A DNA stretch of 64,000 bases from Octopus vulgaris. Its lineage: Eukaryota. Below the pieces are notes generated by a model. The model worked only from the letters and a program-made list of their open reading frames with translations. It made no database searches and was not told the DNA's origin. The stretch covers positions 15,810,001-15,874,000 of the forward strand of contig OX597830.1 in the NCBI GenBank assembly GCA_951406725.2. Direction: 5' to 3'. Of this stretch, positions 40,387 to 53,493 are shown piece by piece (position 1 is the stretch's first letter; each line of letters starts with the position of its first letter). A program made the position numbers and the translations under genes.

Positions 40387-40623
40387 CATGTACTTGCATA
40401 GCGAGTGACTTGATCTGAGATCGTGTGCTGGAAGGAAAACAATTGCAGCGTGGAAGGTGTTTATAAGCCATTTAAGAACACACAGCACGAAGTTTTGTCA
40501 GTGAACAGGTCGCGGTCTCAAAGCGACGAAAACATTTTGAGAAATTAAATTTAAATGTTGAAGTGAATCTAACGGTTTTTGTGTGTTTCTTAAATGGCTT
40601 ATAAACACCTTCCACGCTGCAAT
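40387..40623. mobile_element. Small insertion with internal ~46-bp inverted duplication (Penelope-like architecture)
   Basis: 40438-40483 inverted at 40581-40627; flanking direct repeat tgttctacaga at 40376-40386 and 40624-40634. Confidence 0.6.
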
Positions 40624-40919
40624 TGTTCTACAGAGTTATCCGAGATTAACTAACATTTATAACCAAAGTTTTTGAAGTCGTGGCTGAAGCAACTAAGAGG
40701 AGTTCCATCTGGATCTGGTCTCGGACTGAACTGCTTATGACACCTGAGATATCTTGGCTCTGGTGTGATTCACCGACTCAGGAAGGCTGTAATGCAGACA
40801 AATGCGCAGAATGTGACAGCTAAGAGGTATGAAAGAGTCTTGACCAGGACGCTGTCCGGACTCTTTAGAGTCGTAAAGAGTTAAGGACCGAAACACCAGA
40901 CGGTTCGTCGAAATCGACA

Positions 40920-41250
40920 ATTTTTCGGCCATCTTGGAAACATCTGAACCATTCGTACACTTGCATGAGGTTCATACATTCCTTTCCATACACTTTCTGC
41001 AACTTTACATAGGCCTGTGAGCAGGTATCGCCACGACAACTTTATCTGTCATGGTCAATGCGACGACCACATGCTACACACCTTCCTTCCACGCACTGCT
41101 CTAAATAACGGAAGTTAGCTAAGAACGTTAAAACTTAGTACGCATGCACAACAGAGTTTGAGGTCAAACTTTGCCAAGGGGCTTCACTCTGCGTGATTTA
41201 GCTTTGTTACTATGGCAACAGTTCGGTTACTTATTGACCAGAGCTCGTAT
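40920..41250 (-). pseudogene. Mariner transposon 5' remnant (TIR plus HTH N-terminus)
   Basis: TACGAGCTCTGGTCAATAAGT terminus; AYVKLQKVYGKECMNLMQVYEWFRCFQDG. Confidence 0.65.
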
Positions 41251-41899
41251 TCAGTTCAGTAGACAACATCTGCTCCAACACATCATCTAGATATGTGCAA
41301 GAACAATTTATAGAGTGCAACAGAAATTTATACAGGATAAAAGTGCCACCAACAGGCCGAGGTGCACCAAATCCCAAGTAGCGTAGGGGACAGAAACAAC
41401 AACAGGACTTCTTGCTTCGCATACAGGATATATTTTAAGATGGAAAAGGATGGTGCAATCAAGACAAAATTGGAAGCGCATTGTGACTAGTAGTGTGTAA
41501 CATCTGATGACCTTATCGATACTGTGATGCTGTGCTATTGGATATATATGGTGGTGATGGCCGATCTTTGGATAAAACCATGGAAGTTGTGTTTCCATGT
41601 GGTTTTCCCACCATTGCTATTACTATTTGTGGGCCACGAATTCTAACAGAAGGATTCCCGGTCTTTATTCTTTTTCTCTCTTTTGTTTATTTCGAAAGCA
41701 AGGAATGAGAATTGAACTCAGAATTCACAGTTGGAATAGATCTTGCAAGCTTCCCTTCTGGTGCTCTAACCGTTCCGCACATACATCGACCTGGACTAGT
41801 ATTTAATTTGTAGAAACTGAAAAGAAGAAAGGTAAAGTTAGCCTCGACAGGATTTGAACCACCTTCTCCTACTTTGCCAGTTCACCGTTTTATAACATA

Positions 41900-42630
41900 A
41901 AAGGTGCATTCCAGAAGTTTTCAATCTTTTTCAGGAGAGAAATTTATTAGTTTCAAATAAGTACAAAACTCTAATTTCCTTCAAAGTAAGATCCCCTGAC
42001 ATCATTGCACTTTTTGTGAAGGTCAGTGGAGGATCTCCAAGATGAAAACGTCCAGAACCCTTGTTACAGCCTTCTTCATTTTCAAAACGATTGCCCCTGA
42101 ATGTTTCCTTCAATTTGGTGAACAACCGAAAGTCACAGAGAGCAAGATTTGAACTGCAGGGAGGATGAGGGACAGTTTTGATGCCTAACTCTGTCAAGTC
42201 GTTGGTTACCAGGATGCTTGTCACTGAGTACTCCGAAACAAATTTTACTCAAATTTTGCACCTCTTCAGATCTTTATGAATAATTCTGCGTACAGTCGCT
42301 ACATTAATTTCAAACTGTACGCCTTATTGTCTTTATAGAAACACGATAGTCTTCATCCAAAAAGTTGCAAATTTTCTCAACCATCTCTGATGTTTTGACA
42401 TCTGTCTTTCTCTCCTACCTCTCTCATCGTCGTTCACCTCCTCTCTACTGTCCTTAAACCGTTTGTACCAGCGAAAAAGTTAATCAAAAAGCAGTCTGGA
42501 GCATCTCATAAGTTTCTCTAGCGTTTTAACCTACCCTTAACACAAAAAACACTTAATTGCATAACGAGTTCCAAACGTCTACATTCTAAAAATTAGTCAG
42601 TTGTACCAAGGAGTGTTTATTTAGTAGGGT
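41900..42630 (-). pseudogene. Decayed, internally deleted mariner transposase
   Basis: ETYEMLQTAF (N-terminus) and VPHPPCSSNLALCDFRLFTKLK (cf. HPPYSPDLAPCDF). Confidence 0.75.
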
Positions 42631-43147
42631 GTGTTCAAAGAGCTGTTACAGTCACCACCTTCAGTTTGGAATAACGAACTTTGGCAGGTCAGCTTATTAG
42701 ACATATGGTAATGGTATACTGGTAATGATATACAATAAGCTATGATCATTACAACTGCCTCGTAGATAATAATCATCTCAAAGATAATAATCACCAAGAA
42801 TGCCACATTGCGATTGTGAGCGTTTGAATTGAAAATAAACAGTGAAATCAATCCCTAATCAAAGGCAATACAAGGTTACGCTGTTGGAGCCATTATTAAC
42901 CTATGATATAACTTGTTTGTCATAAAGTGACAGCAACCGTACGTGAAAAATTGATAAAGCATAGAGTAACTGTTACGTAGCATCAATGACACGGCGAGAG
43001 TTGTAACATGTGTCACTGAAAGAAGTTACTGGAATGCCTGATTATCTAACTTGACCCCCATAACATAAGATGATAAACCAAAACTCGTTATCTTATCTGA
43101 TAAATAATACATAATAAAATATAGACGCTTTTTAAAAAAAAATATTA

Positions 43148-43550
43148 GGCGCAGGAGTGGCTGTGTGGTAAGTAGCTTGCCAACCAACCACATGGTTCCG
43201 GGTTCAGTCCCACTGCGTGGCATCTTGGGCAAGTGTCTTCTGCTATAGCCTCGGGCCGACCAAAGTCTTGTGAGTGGATTTGGTAGACGGAAACTGAAAG
43301 AAGCCTGCCGTGTATATGTAAATATATATGTGTGTTTGTGTATCTGTGTTTGTTCCCCCACCATCGCTTGACAAGCGATGCTGGTGTGTTTACGTCCCCG
43401 TCACTTAGCGGTTCGGCAAAAAGAGACCGATAGAATAAGTACTGGGCTTACAAAGAATAAGTCCCGGGGTCGATTTGCTCGACTAAAGGTGGTGCTCCAG
43501 CATGGCCGCAGTCAAATGACTGAAACAAGTAAAAGAGAGTAAAAGAGAGA
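43148..43550 (+). mobile_element. SINE family A, full length
   Basis: GGCGCAGGAGTGGCTGTGTGG head; GGTTCAGTCCC B-box; tail. Confidence 0.9.
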
Positions 43551-43810
43551 GTTAGTGTTAGGGCTAGATTATAGTTCTGCCAAAAGAAGAAAGATGGTAG
43601 TCTTGAGTTTTGCGATACCTCCAAGACTTCTGGGGTGATATGGAAGTAATAAAAAAAACAACTCAGTAAAAAGCGATGCTTCACGTTATTCGCAAATGAA
43701 AGACCTAAAATAAATACATACAACAGAGTTGACTCTGCTCAGATAGTAAAGACCTTTAAGTTCTTAATTATTTCTTTGTTTAACGAAATAAAAACGAAAG
43801 TTAAATTGCT

Positions 43811-44223
43811 TACTCTTTACTCTTTTACTCTTTTACTCGTTTCAGTCATTTGACTGCGGCCATGCTGGAGCACTGCCTTTAGTCGAGCAAATCAACACCG
43901 GGACTTATTCTTTGTAAGCCCAGTACCTATTCTATCGGTCTCTTTTGCCGAACCGCTAAGTGACGGGGACGTAAACACACCAGCATCGGTTGTCAAGCAA
44001 TGCTAGAGGGACAAACACAGACACACATACATATACACACACATACAAATATATATATATACATATATACGACAGGCTTCTTTCAGTTTCCATCTACCAA
44101 ATCCACTCTCAAGGCTTTGGTCGGCCCGAGGCTATAGCAGAAGACACTTGCCCAAGATGCCACGCAGTGGGACTGAACCCGGAACCATGTGGTTGGTTGG
44201 CAAGCTACTTACCACACAGCCAC
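43811..44223 (-). mobile_element. SINE family A
   Basis: Tail-to-tail with the 43148 copy, ~260 bp apart. Confidence 0.9.
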
Positions 44224-44830
44224 TTAAGCTGAAATTTCAGATAAGTTCTACAGTAAGGACATTTCTGGGACTTTTGCGTTTTAAGTTCAAATCTGGCCGC
44301 AGTCAACTTTGCCTTATATCCTTCCGAGGTCGATATCATACAGTACCAGTCAAGCTCTGGGCCAATTTAATCGGATAGCTTAATTAAATCTCACGCCTTC
44401 TTCCTATTTTCGTCGTCGTTGTGTATCTTACGATGCAGTGCATTGATAACGCTACAACAAAAGGTCGCCTGATTAAACGCAAGTGCTCAGTTGCCTTGCC
44501 ACTCTTGTCCAACCAACTCTTGACATTATCCATCCACTGTGTTCTCTGCCCGCCACTCTTATCTACTACCGCCTGCCCTTCCTTCCATGGTTATGCTTTC
44601 CAGACCTCTGCAGAGGTCCACATTGCTTTTTATCCTGAGTCGATAAAATAAGTACCAATGTACCAGTTAAACACTGGGATCCATGTAATCGAATGCCCCC
44701 CCCCGCAAAATTTCAGGCCTTGTACCTGTTAAAAAATGATTGTTATAATTATTATTTGATAGTTTAAGGCAAATTTCCACTGCATCATCTATTCCGTGCT
44801 GTTGAGGTGTGTGCAGTATTGTGTACTCGT

Positions 44831-45219
44831 TTTTGTTGTTGCTGTTGAGCGAACGGTCTTTGTCCCAGAGCTCGCAAGATGGGAGAAGTCCGAAACGTGG
44901 TTCTCTGCTATTCGTAAGACCCGCAGAAGAGAAAGCAGGTCAACCCCCGACACCGAGAGCATCGACGGATGGATGAATGCGCATCCAGGCTCAGCGGTTG
45001 CGTAGGAAGTCAGGGTTAAGAAGCAGGAAGAAAAAGTGAGAGAAAGTTAGAGCGAAAGAGTACAACACTACACCAAGAGTACACCACCCACTGCCGGAGC
45101 CTCGTGGAGCTTTTAGGTGTTTTCGCTCAATAAACACACACAACGCCCGGTGTGGGAATCGAAACCGCGATCCTCCGACCGCGAGTCCGCTGCCCTAACC
45201 ATTGGGCCATTACGCCTCC
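44831..45219 (-). mobile_element. SINE with family C head and a third, unrelated tail ending in (CAA)n
   Basis: Head/body match C up to CTTCCTG, then diverge. Confidence 0.75.
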
Positions 45220-46210
45220 ACGATGTTGTTGTTGTTGGTGGTGGATCAGATTCGTCCTCACAAGGGCTAATAAAGTAGAGCTGATAAGGTTTAGGAATAA
45301 AGTATTAATAGAGAATTCTAGATTTAGAAGAGAGCTATTTAGGAACGTAGTAGATGAGGCGCTAAGGGAAAGACACGACAGCTGATTTACCGGAGTGGGA
45401 TTAACTCATGAGCAATTCTTCAACGCGAAGCACGAAGGATTATGTGAAACACAGAAATCAAAACCGTAGATTGTTTACTTTCATCTTAAGAGGAAAAAAA
45501 CATTTAGATAAACCTAAATGTGTTTCAGTAGAAATAACAGTAAAAATAACATTAATTATAAGATGCAGTGATTATAAGATTCAGCAGAAATTTGGGAAAG
45601 ATGACAGTTTCCTGCAATTTCAATATTCTCTGTCAGTTTCTTTGTCATCTGGACTGATGAGGCTATAGTATTTATGAACATTTGGTTGTTATACAAAGTG
45701 GGATATCGTTAAACGAGCGATGAAGAGATTAACACACAGAATAATGTTTATGGAATAGCAGGGACAGAAAAACTCTAAAAGAATGCGGTGTATGCATTTT
45801 AATATTTTTAGTGGTATAAGACGGCGAGCTGGCAGAAACGTTAGCAAGCCGGGCGAAGTGCGTAGCCGTATTTCGTCTGCCGTTACGTTCTGAGTTCAAA
45901 TTCCACCGAGTAAAAGAAATTGTGCCATTTTGCCTTAAAATCCTTCACATTTACTTACTACAACTGTAAAAACTTACTAGTTATAGGTAATCTCTTGCAC
46001 ATACTAATATTTACTCATTATTCCTGACATTGTCAACATCATGCATGACCACTGTAGATGTAAATAAAAAGCTTGGCAAAAAAATAATAGGTTAATTAAC
46101 ACAACTGTTTTGCCGAGCAAGTAAGGGAGACAGCATGGTGAGTCTATATCTTATTAAGCTTTCTTAACAATTAATCTCAATGTTTTACCTGTTGATGTTT
46201 TCTTAGAAAA

Positions 46211-46590
46211 AGGCAGTGGGTAAAATGCTTGGTGGTATTTCGTCTGTCATTACGTTCTGACTTCAAATTCCGCTGAGGTCGACTTTGCCATTCATCTCTT
46301 TCGGGGTCGATTAAATAAGTACCAATTACGCACTGGGGTCGATATAATCGACTTAATCCGTTTATCTGTCCTCGTTTGTTCCTTCTGTGCTTAGCCCCTT
46401 GTGGGTAGTAAAGAAATAGGTATTTCGTCTGCCGCTACGTTCTGAGTTCAAATTCCGCCGAGGTCGACTTTGCCTTTCATCCTTTCGGGGTCGTTAAAAT
46501 AAGTACCAGCTGAACACAGTGGGGTCGATGTAATTGACTTAACCCTACCCCTAAAATTGCTGGCCCGTGCTAAAATTCGAAAACCAATAT
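46211..46590 (+). mobile_element. SINE B dimer (type-1-tail unit followed by alternative-tail unit)
   Basis: Junction AAAGAAATA/GGTATTTCGTC at ~46418. Confidence 0.8.
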
Positions 46591-47604
46591 TCTTTAGTCG
46601 TATATTTTCGAATTTCTGTGGCGTACAAAAGGAGCAACATCGAGGAAATTGTATCTTTTCCAAATTTGTACTAACTTATACATCATTATTTCTTATGATT
46701 AATGTTGCCTCTAATTAAATACTTCCAAGTTACCAAAATATCTTTTCGTTTGTTTGTTTCTTAAAATGAAAGTAAGCAATATTTGGTTTTCGTTGATGTT
46801 TTTATAGATTACCCATTTTCTCGAGAATCCACTCTGCTTCTCCACATTTACCTAATTAGATACTTCTAAGTTACCTAATTTTTTTTCCCTCGTAATTCAA
46901 CTACTTTTAAAGTATTGCTGACTCTTGTACATCATTACGTCTTAAAATTAAAGTTTACTTTTAATCTTATCTTTAATTAAATACTTATACGTTACCTTAA
47001 TTTTTTTTTGTTTTTTCGAAATACTCGTCGCTTTTAAAATGAATGGGTTTTTTTCTCCCTAAAATACATATTACTTTGCTTCCGTTTCGGCGTTTCAAGA
47101 AAACCACTTTATATATTTTATCCTACATTTATTCGAAAATGCGCTGCAATTCTCCACATGAGTCAGAAAGAAATTCTTTTCTTACCAGAATGGTAGACTC
47201 TATCTAACTTTGGCAAAAGGCTAGCAGTTTTGAGGACAGAAGCAAGCTGATTATGTTGACCCAGTGCGCGACTGGTACTTGCTTTATCGATCTCGAAAAG
47301 ATGAAATGTAAAGTCAAGCTCTGTGGCATTTGAACCCCAAAACGTAAACAGCCCGAGGAAATAATGCTATGCATTTTGTCCGACACGGTAACAATTCCAT
47401 TACCTCGCCGCCAGAACGGTAAATGGACAGCTCATTTCGAAAAGCAAACAAAAATATTATTTAAAAGTTTTCAGAAGAGAAATTAGTGAACGGAACTGCA
47501 TATATCTGTCCAAACAATTAAAGGTAGAAAAAAACTGAATGACCACAAGAATCAAGGCATCATTACGAGATAAATTATTCGAACAGATGTACACTTATAT
47601 AGAA

Positions 47605-47974
47605 CTAGCAGTATCGCCCGGCGTTGCTCGGGTTTGTAAGGGAAATAACTATAAAGCATTTTTAGAGAGTTATAGCCAAAAAATGGAAAAAAAATTATGG
47701 TAAATTTTTTTTTAGTTAAAAAGGTCGAGTTGCGTCCCCTAGACAGTCTGTTGTTTGTGTTTCTGATTCTCGACCCCATGTCGAATTTATCGATTTTTTT
47801 CAGAACGGGGGAACTTTTCAAAATTTTCGCTGCGTTAGTTTTGAATTATGACATTGGGCTATGTGTGTGTCAAGTTTCATCAGAATCGGTTGAAAGCCGT
47901 GGTCAGGGTGAGGGTACAACCTAACAGACACACAGAAACACACACAGACAAACTGCCGTTTATATATAGAGAGA
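47605..47974 (-). mobile_element. Non-autonomous Helitron (second subfamily)
   Basis: Minus strand 5' TCTCTCTATATATAAACGGCA; 3' CCCGAGCAACGCCGGG hairpin plus CTAG; A/T target. Confidence 0.85.
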
Positions 47975-49231
47975 TTACTTTGATTTGCAGCAAACAACGC
48001 ATCTATGATGTCTTGATGTGGTTACTCTTTTGTTTGGAACTGTAGTGTTGTCTGCCATTTATTCATGGAATGTTATATATTCTATGATTATTGGTACTAC
48101 CTTGTTCATGGTTAGTGTTTCTAGGATCCATGTGTGGGGAATACTATCAAAAGCCTTTCTGTAATCGATCTAGACCATACTTGGACCTTTCTTCTTTCTG
48201 CGGCTGTCTTCAGTTATGGCTTTATTGATCATTAATTGATCTTTACGGCTGTATGAGCCCTTGCAGCATCCCTTTTGCACTTCTGGAAAGAGGCTGTATT
48301 CTTCCAGATGCTTGCTTATTCTCTGCGATATTATTGCAGTGAAGTCTTTGTAAATTGTAGGGAGACAAGTTATTGGTCTGTAATTTTGCGGGTTTGCCGT
48401 TTCAGTGGATTTGGGAATTAGAATAATTTTCCCTTCCGTGAGCCATTCAGGCATTGTCCCTGGTTCTGCTAGTATGTCATTAAATTTCTCAGCCAGCTTT
48501 TTATGTGTTCCTGTCAGATATTTAAACCATAAGTTGGGGATCTTATCGTGCCCGGGTGCCTTCCAGTTGCTTAGTTTTTGAAGTGCCTGGGTGACCTCTT
48601 CAGCTTTTATAGGGGTTCAGAGTTGTTCATGTGCTGAGTTCGTTGTTTTGATAAACCTTTTCTGAGGTTGCTCCTTCGCCGACCATATTTCATTCCAAAA
48701 TTCTTTCAATTCTTCTGCTGTTGGTGCTGCATTAATGTCTATTTTATTTTTACCAAGTTCTTGGTAGAATCTTTTGGGGTTGGAGTTGAACTGTTTGTTT
48801 TGTTCGAAGAAACGTTGGCGTTTCTCATACCGGCGGATTCTTTATGCTTTGACCAGGATATCTTGCTTCAGCCGTTCTTTTATCTCAGGTAAACCTTTTT
48901 CCGTAATTTTGTATTTACACAATATTTTTCTTTTTTTGTTGCTTAGTAGTGTTGATTGTCTACTAGTTTCGTTAAGTATTGACAGATCTTTTCTAATTTT
49001 TTTCCATTTTTTCTGGATACTATTTATCAACAGGGTTTTTTTGGGTGGTGGTACTCCTGTTTGGATGGGTTTGAGGGAGTATCCAGCTTCTTTTGTGGCC
49101 ACAGAGGCTGCTGCACATGTTGTTTCAGTACCAATTTTAACTTTTGGGAGGTACAATCGGTGGTCCATACTGAGATCTGTGGCTTTCAATTCTTTGATTA
49201 AGTTCATTTTAGAGTATCACAATCATTAGGA

Positions 49232-49400
49232 ACATTATTTGCATTATTTACATTATTTACATTTGACGGATATTTGTCCTCATCTTGTTTGTTGTTAACA
49301 CAACGTTTCGGCTGGTATACCTTCCAGCCTTCTTCAGGTGTCTTGGGGAAATTTCGAACCTGGGTTCTCATTCCTAAGGTATTTTGCGATGTTGTTGCTG

Positions 49401-49494
<94 letters not shown>

Positions 49495-49607
49495 AACACG
49501 TTGTGTTAACAACAAACAAGATGAGGACAAATATACGTCAAATGTAAATAATGTAAATAATGCAAATAATGTACTTAATTCCTCATCTCTTAAATATAGA
49601 ACTGTAT
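49232..49607. mobile_element. Penelope-derived non-autonomous insertion with inverted arms and hammerhead
   Basis: ~49232-49306 inverted at ~49497-49572; 11-bp direct repeat aatcattagga at 49221-49231 and 49608-49618; third arm copy at ~49871-49950. Confidence 0.7.
49298..49341 (-). ncRNA. Minimal type I hammerhead ribozyme motif (Penelope-type)
   Basis: ACAC-CUGAAGA-A-GGCUGG(aaggtata)CCAGCC-GAAA-CG-UU-GUGU. Confidence 0.75.
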
Positions 49608-49949
49608 AATCATTAGGAGTTCTGGTTTGGTGCATTTTGCGCATCATTATACATTCCTACGGTTTGAGTTTTGTTGGCTTCCGTTGTTTACTTCGTTTTT
49701 CTTGAACACGTCACGTCTGCCTTCGTATTTTACAGTCCCAGTGCTTATGATATAGTTTGGCATTGCTTTTAAGAGTTCTATTTCTATTTCTGATATTTAT
49801 TTTTGTTTTGAGAATATATCTCCGTATGTTAGCTAGTTTATTAGGGTTTATAGTTGTATCATAATTTTCATACATTATTTGCATTATTTTATATATATAT
49901 ACATTTGACGGATATTTGTCCTCATCTTGTTTGTTGTTAACGACAACGT

Positions 49950-51685
49950 TCTTCCTTCTCGTCTCTTCCATCCTGACTCCAAAGCCACTCACTACTGCTA
50001 AAATCGGAGACGTTAAGAGGCATCTCGCGTGAACTAGAGCGAGGGAGAACTGTGTCGCCATACGCAAAAGGTATGTGCCTAGTGTCAAACACTAGGCATA
50101 TACACCTTATCAGTACTGTTCTAGAATAATACAAGGCGGTGACAGGAACAAAAATCAACCAAGAAAAGTCAGTGGGCCTGCATCTCGGCTCCTGAAGAAG
50201 CAAGTCCATGCCGTCCAATAACGTCTTGGGACACTAGACGAAGGGCCGGTTAAGTTGCTCGGGGTCTAGTTTGGTCCGGTCTCCAAGCAGAGTTGGTGAC
50301 GAGCAAGGTGGCCGTTATCACCAAGAAATGGGCCGAGAGAAGGCCATCCCCGAAAGGTGGCAAATGCTAACATAGCTTCCGTTACATATTACCATCTGAA
50401 CATCATGCCTTGCCCCAGTTTACGCCTGATCACCAAGAAATGGGCCGAGAGAAGGCCATCCCCGAAAGGTGGCAAATGCTAACATAGCTTCCGTTACATA
50501 TTACCATCTGAACATCATGCCTTGCCCCAGTTTACGCCTGATCACCAAGAAATGGGCCGAGAGAAGGCCATCCCCGAAAGGTGGCAAATGCTAACATAGC
50601 TTCCGTTACATATTACCATCTGAACATCATGCCTTGCCCCAGTTTACGCCTGATCACCAAGAAATGGGCCGAGAGAAGGCCATCCCCGAAAGGTGGCAAA
50701 TGCTAACATAGCTTCCGTTACATATTACCATCTGAACATCATGCCTTGCCCCAGTTTACGCCTGATCACCAAGAAATGGGCCGAGAGAGGCCATCCCCGA
50801 AAGGTGGCAAATGCTAACATAGCTTCCGTTACATATTACCATCTGAACATCATGCCTTGCCCCAGTTTACGCCTGATCAAGTTCGAGCGCATGCTCTTCT
50901 GCTTTCCCTGAAAGCGACGCGTTCCATTGGTCAGGCATTCAGATTGCTATCAACACCCGCTGAATGGGCATACCGTGGCAGCTGATGCGCAGACATGCTC
51001 TGAGGCCATGGCATCTCCAGCGTTTCCTTGACAGTGAGCAGGTGTGGTCGCCGTTTGTCGGACAAGATGTCCACACCTCGTCTCTTTGACTGAACTGCAG
51101 CCCTGGATCAAGCGTAGATGGAGGCAGGGCGCCTGACGCCTTGACAATCATCAGGCGCTCACAGTCCTTTGTCAGTCGGGCATTGCAGTCTGTGGAAGTT
51201 TCACTTTGGCGTTCCATAGAGGGTTAGTGACAGGCAAATGTGACGACGTTCTGGGGCAGACGTTTGGCGTCGACGAGAATCAACTGGCTACATTTTTCCG
51301 GAAGACTACGGATAACGTCCGGAAATTCTTGGCCAGGCAGTACTACCGGGAGACATTGCCGGTTCGGGATAAACTCTACAAGCATGGAAGTACTGTTAAT
51401 TGGGCCGGCCCGAGATGCGCGCAGAGAGACGAAACCGTTCTGCATGCTCTCGTCCAGTGCCCGAGCATTGCTGACTTGTGGGTTTATGTCGAACACCTGC
51501 TATCGGGTGTAGGACGGATCCGGATATAGGCTGAGTCCATCGTGGAAATCTCCCTGTCGCCTTCCTTTGGCCGGGAAGGGCAGGCAGTGTGTTTTCGTCT
51601 GGTAGCCTTAGCGAAAGCGGTTATGTGATGGATCAGGCCGAAAGGCTGAAGACAGATACTTTCCTCTTTGGCCAATATCTTATAT
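49950..51685 (+). pseudogene. Decayed Tx1/L1-clade LINE, RT C-terminal region and zinc-knuckle
   Basis: GTKINQEKS, PVKLLGV, LPVRDKL, PRCAQRDETVLHALVQCPSIADLW. Confidence 0.75.
50317..50875 (+). repeat. Tandem repeat, 5 x 112 bp, near-identical units
   Basis: Units start at 50317, 50429, 50541, 50653, 50765; last unit has a 1-bp deletion. Confidence 0.95.
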
Positions 51686-52524
51686 TCACCTATGTGTTTA
51701 CTATTCTATACCAAATTAAGACATAAATCTCGCCACAGATGTTGCGATTTGTGTCCAGAGTCGAATTCCATTTCAAATGGGCCTCTTTATTACATGGATA
51801 TACGTAGAAAGAACAGGGATTCCTCAGTGTCCCTCTTCTAGCTAGTCTTTTCAAGCTGTAAGCCTTTCAGCGTATTTTCGAGAAAAGTGACAAAATCAAT
51901 GTGGTAGTGAGACACAAATAAGGTTGCTCTTACTTCGAGATGCAATCGGCATCTGTATATCGAAACTGCAGGACACAGGAACCAGCAAAACTCAACAGTC
52001 GCACACTCACGTGCACGCTACTCGAGCTTCTGGCCAGGAAGGCCAGATCCCCCAAAACGACCCCCAAAACACGTCTGTCGCTCGACGCCCCGGCAAAGAA
52101 AGAAGCTGTTCGAAGACCTCACTTCTTGACGTGACGTCACTTATCCTCGATCCCGGTCCCGTTATTCTCGTCGTTCCTTTCATTCCTCCACAATTAAGAA
52201 ATAAAATATTGATATTCGAATGAAACTACACTACGACCAATGAATGAATAAAACGATAAGTTCATATTCGGTTTCTTAGCAGAAAATTGTTGCCTCTGTT
52301 AAAGTTTCTATCTCCAGAAAATTTAGAAGACAAGTAGGACGGGCGCCAGTGTGCACGGACCAGAGTTTGCTTCGTAACCACGTAGTCTGGCGAATCAGTT
52401 AATTGTCTTCATTGGTAACTCGGAGTTGACCGATGTTTTCCGAAAGATAAGTAAAGAGAGACAGTTGGGAAATGAACTCGGACTTAATAATGCAAAGAAT
52501 GAAACGGAATAATCAACAGATTCT

Positions 52525-53493
52525 TATTTCTTTACTGCCCACAAGGGGCTAAACATAGAGGGGACAGACAAAGACAGACAAACGGATTAAGTCGATCAGA
52601 TCGACCCCAGTGTGTAATTGATACTTATTTTATTGACCCTGAAAGGAAGAAAGGCAAAGTCGACCCCGGCGGAATTTGAACTCAGAACGTAATGGCAGAC
52701 GAAATACCTATTTCTTTACTTCCCACAAGGGGCTTAACATAGAGGGAACAAACAAGGATAGACAAACGGATTAAGTCGATTATATCGACCCCAGTGCGTA
52801 ACTGGTACTTATTTAATCGACCCCGAAAGGATGAAAAGCAAAGTCGACCTCGGCGGAATTTGAACTCAGAACGTAATGGCAGACGAAATACCTATTTCTT
52901 TACTTCCCACAAGGGGCTTAACATAGAGGGAACAAACAAGGATAGACAAACGGATTAAGTCGATTATATCGACTCCAGTGCGTAACTGGTACTTATGTAA
53001 TCGACCCCGAAAGGATGAAAAGCAAAGTCGACCCCGGCGGAATTTGAACTCAGAACGTAATGGCAGACGAAATACCTATTTCTTTACTTCCCTCAAGGGG
53101 CTTAACATAGAGGGAACAAACAAGGATAGACAAACGGATTAAGTCGATTGTATCGACCCCAGTGCGTAACTGGTACTTATGTAATCGACCCCGAAAGGAT
53201 GAAAAGCAAAGTCGACCCCGGCGGAATTTGAACTCAGAACGTAATGGCAGACGAAATACCTATTTCTTTACTAACTACAAGGGGCTTAATACAGAGGAGA
53301 CAAACAAGGACAGAGAAACAGATTAAGTCGATTATATCGACCCCAGTGCGTCACTGGTACTTAATTTATCGACCCCGAAAGGATGAAAAGTAAAGTCGAC
53401 CTCGGCGGAATTTGAACTCAGAATGTAACAGTAGACGAAATACCGCTAAGCATTTCGCCCGACGTGCTAGCGTTTCTGCCAGCTCGCCGCCTT
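52525..53493 (-). mobile_element. SINE B pentameric head-to-tail array (184-bp period, single head)
   Basis: Junctions at 52707, 52891, 53075, 53259; one 16-bp TSD ataatcaacagattct at 52509-52524 and 53494-53509. Confidence 0.9.

Larger units (their letters stand above)
48050..49865 (-). pseudogene. Decayed R4/Dong-clade LINE, N-terminal region and RT start
   Basis: NWKAPGHDKIPNLWFK, PEWLTEGKIILIPK, NYRPITCLPTIYK, QKGC, IDYRKAFDSIPH. Confidence 0.8.

Noticed and set aside
50317-50875. CRISPR-like regular array
   Set aside because: Whole units are identical with no unique spacers; LINE-derived; eukaryotic context with no cas genes.
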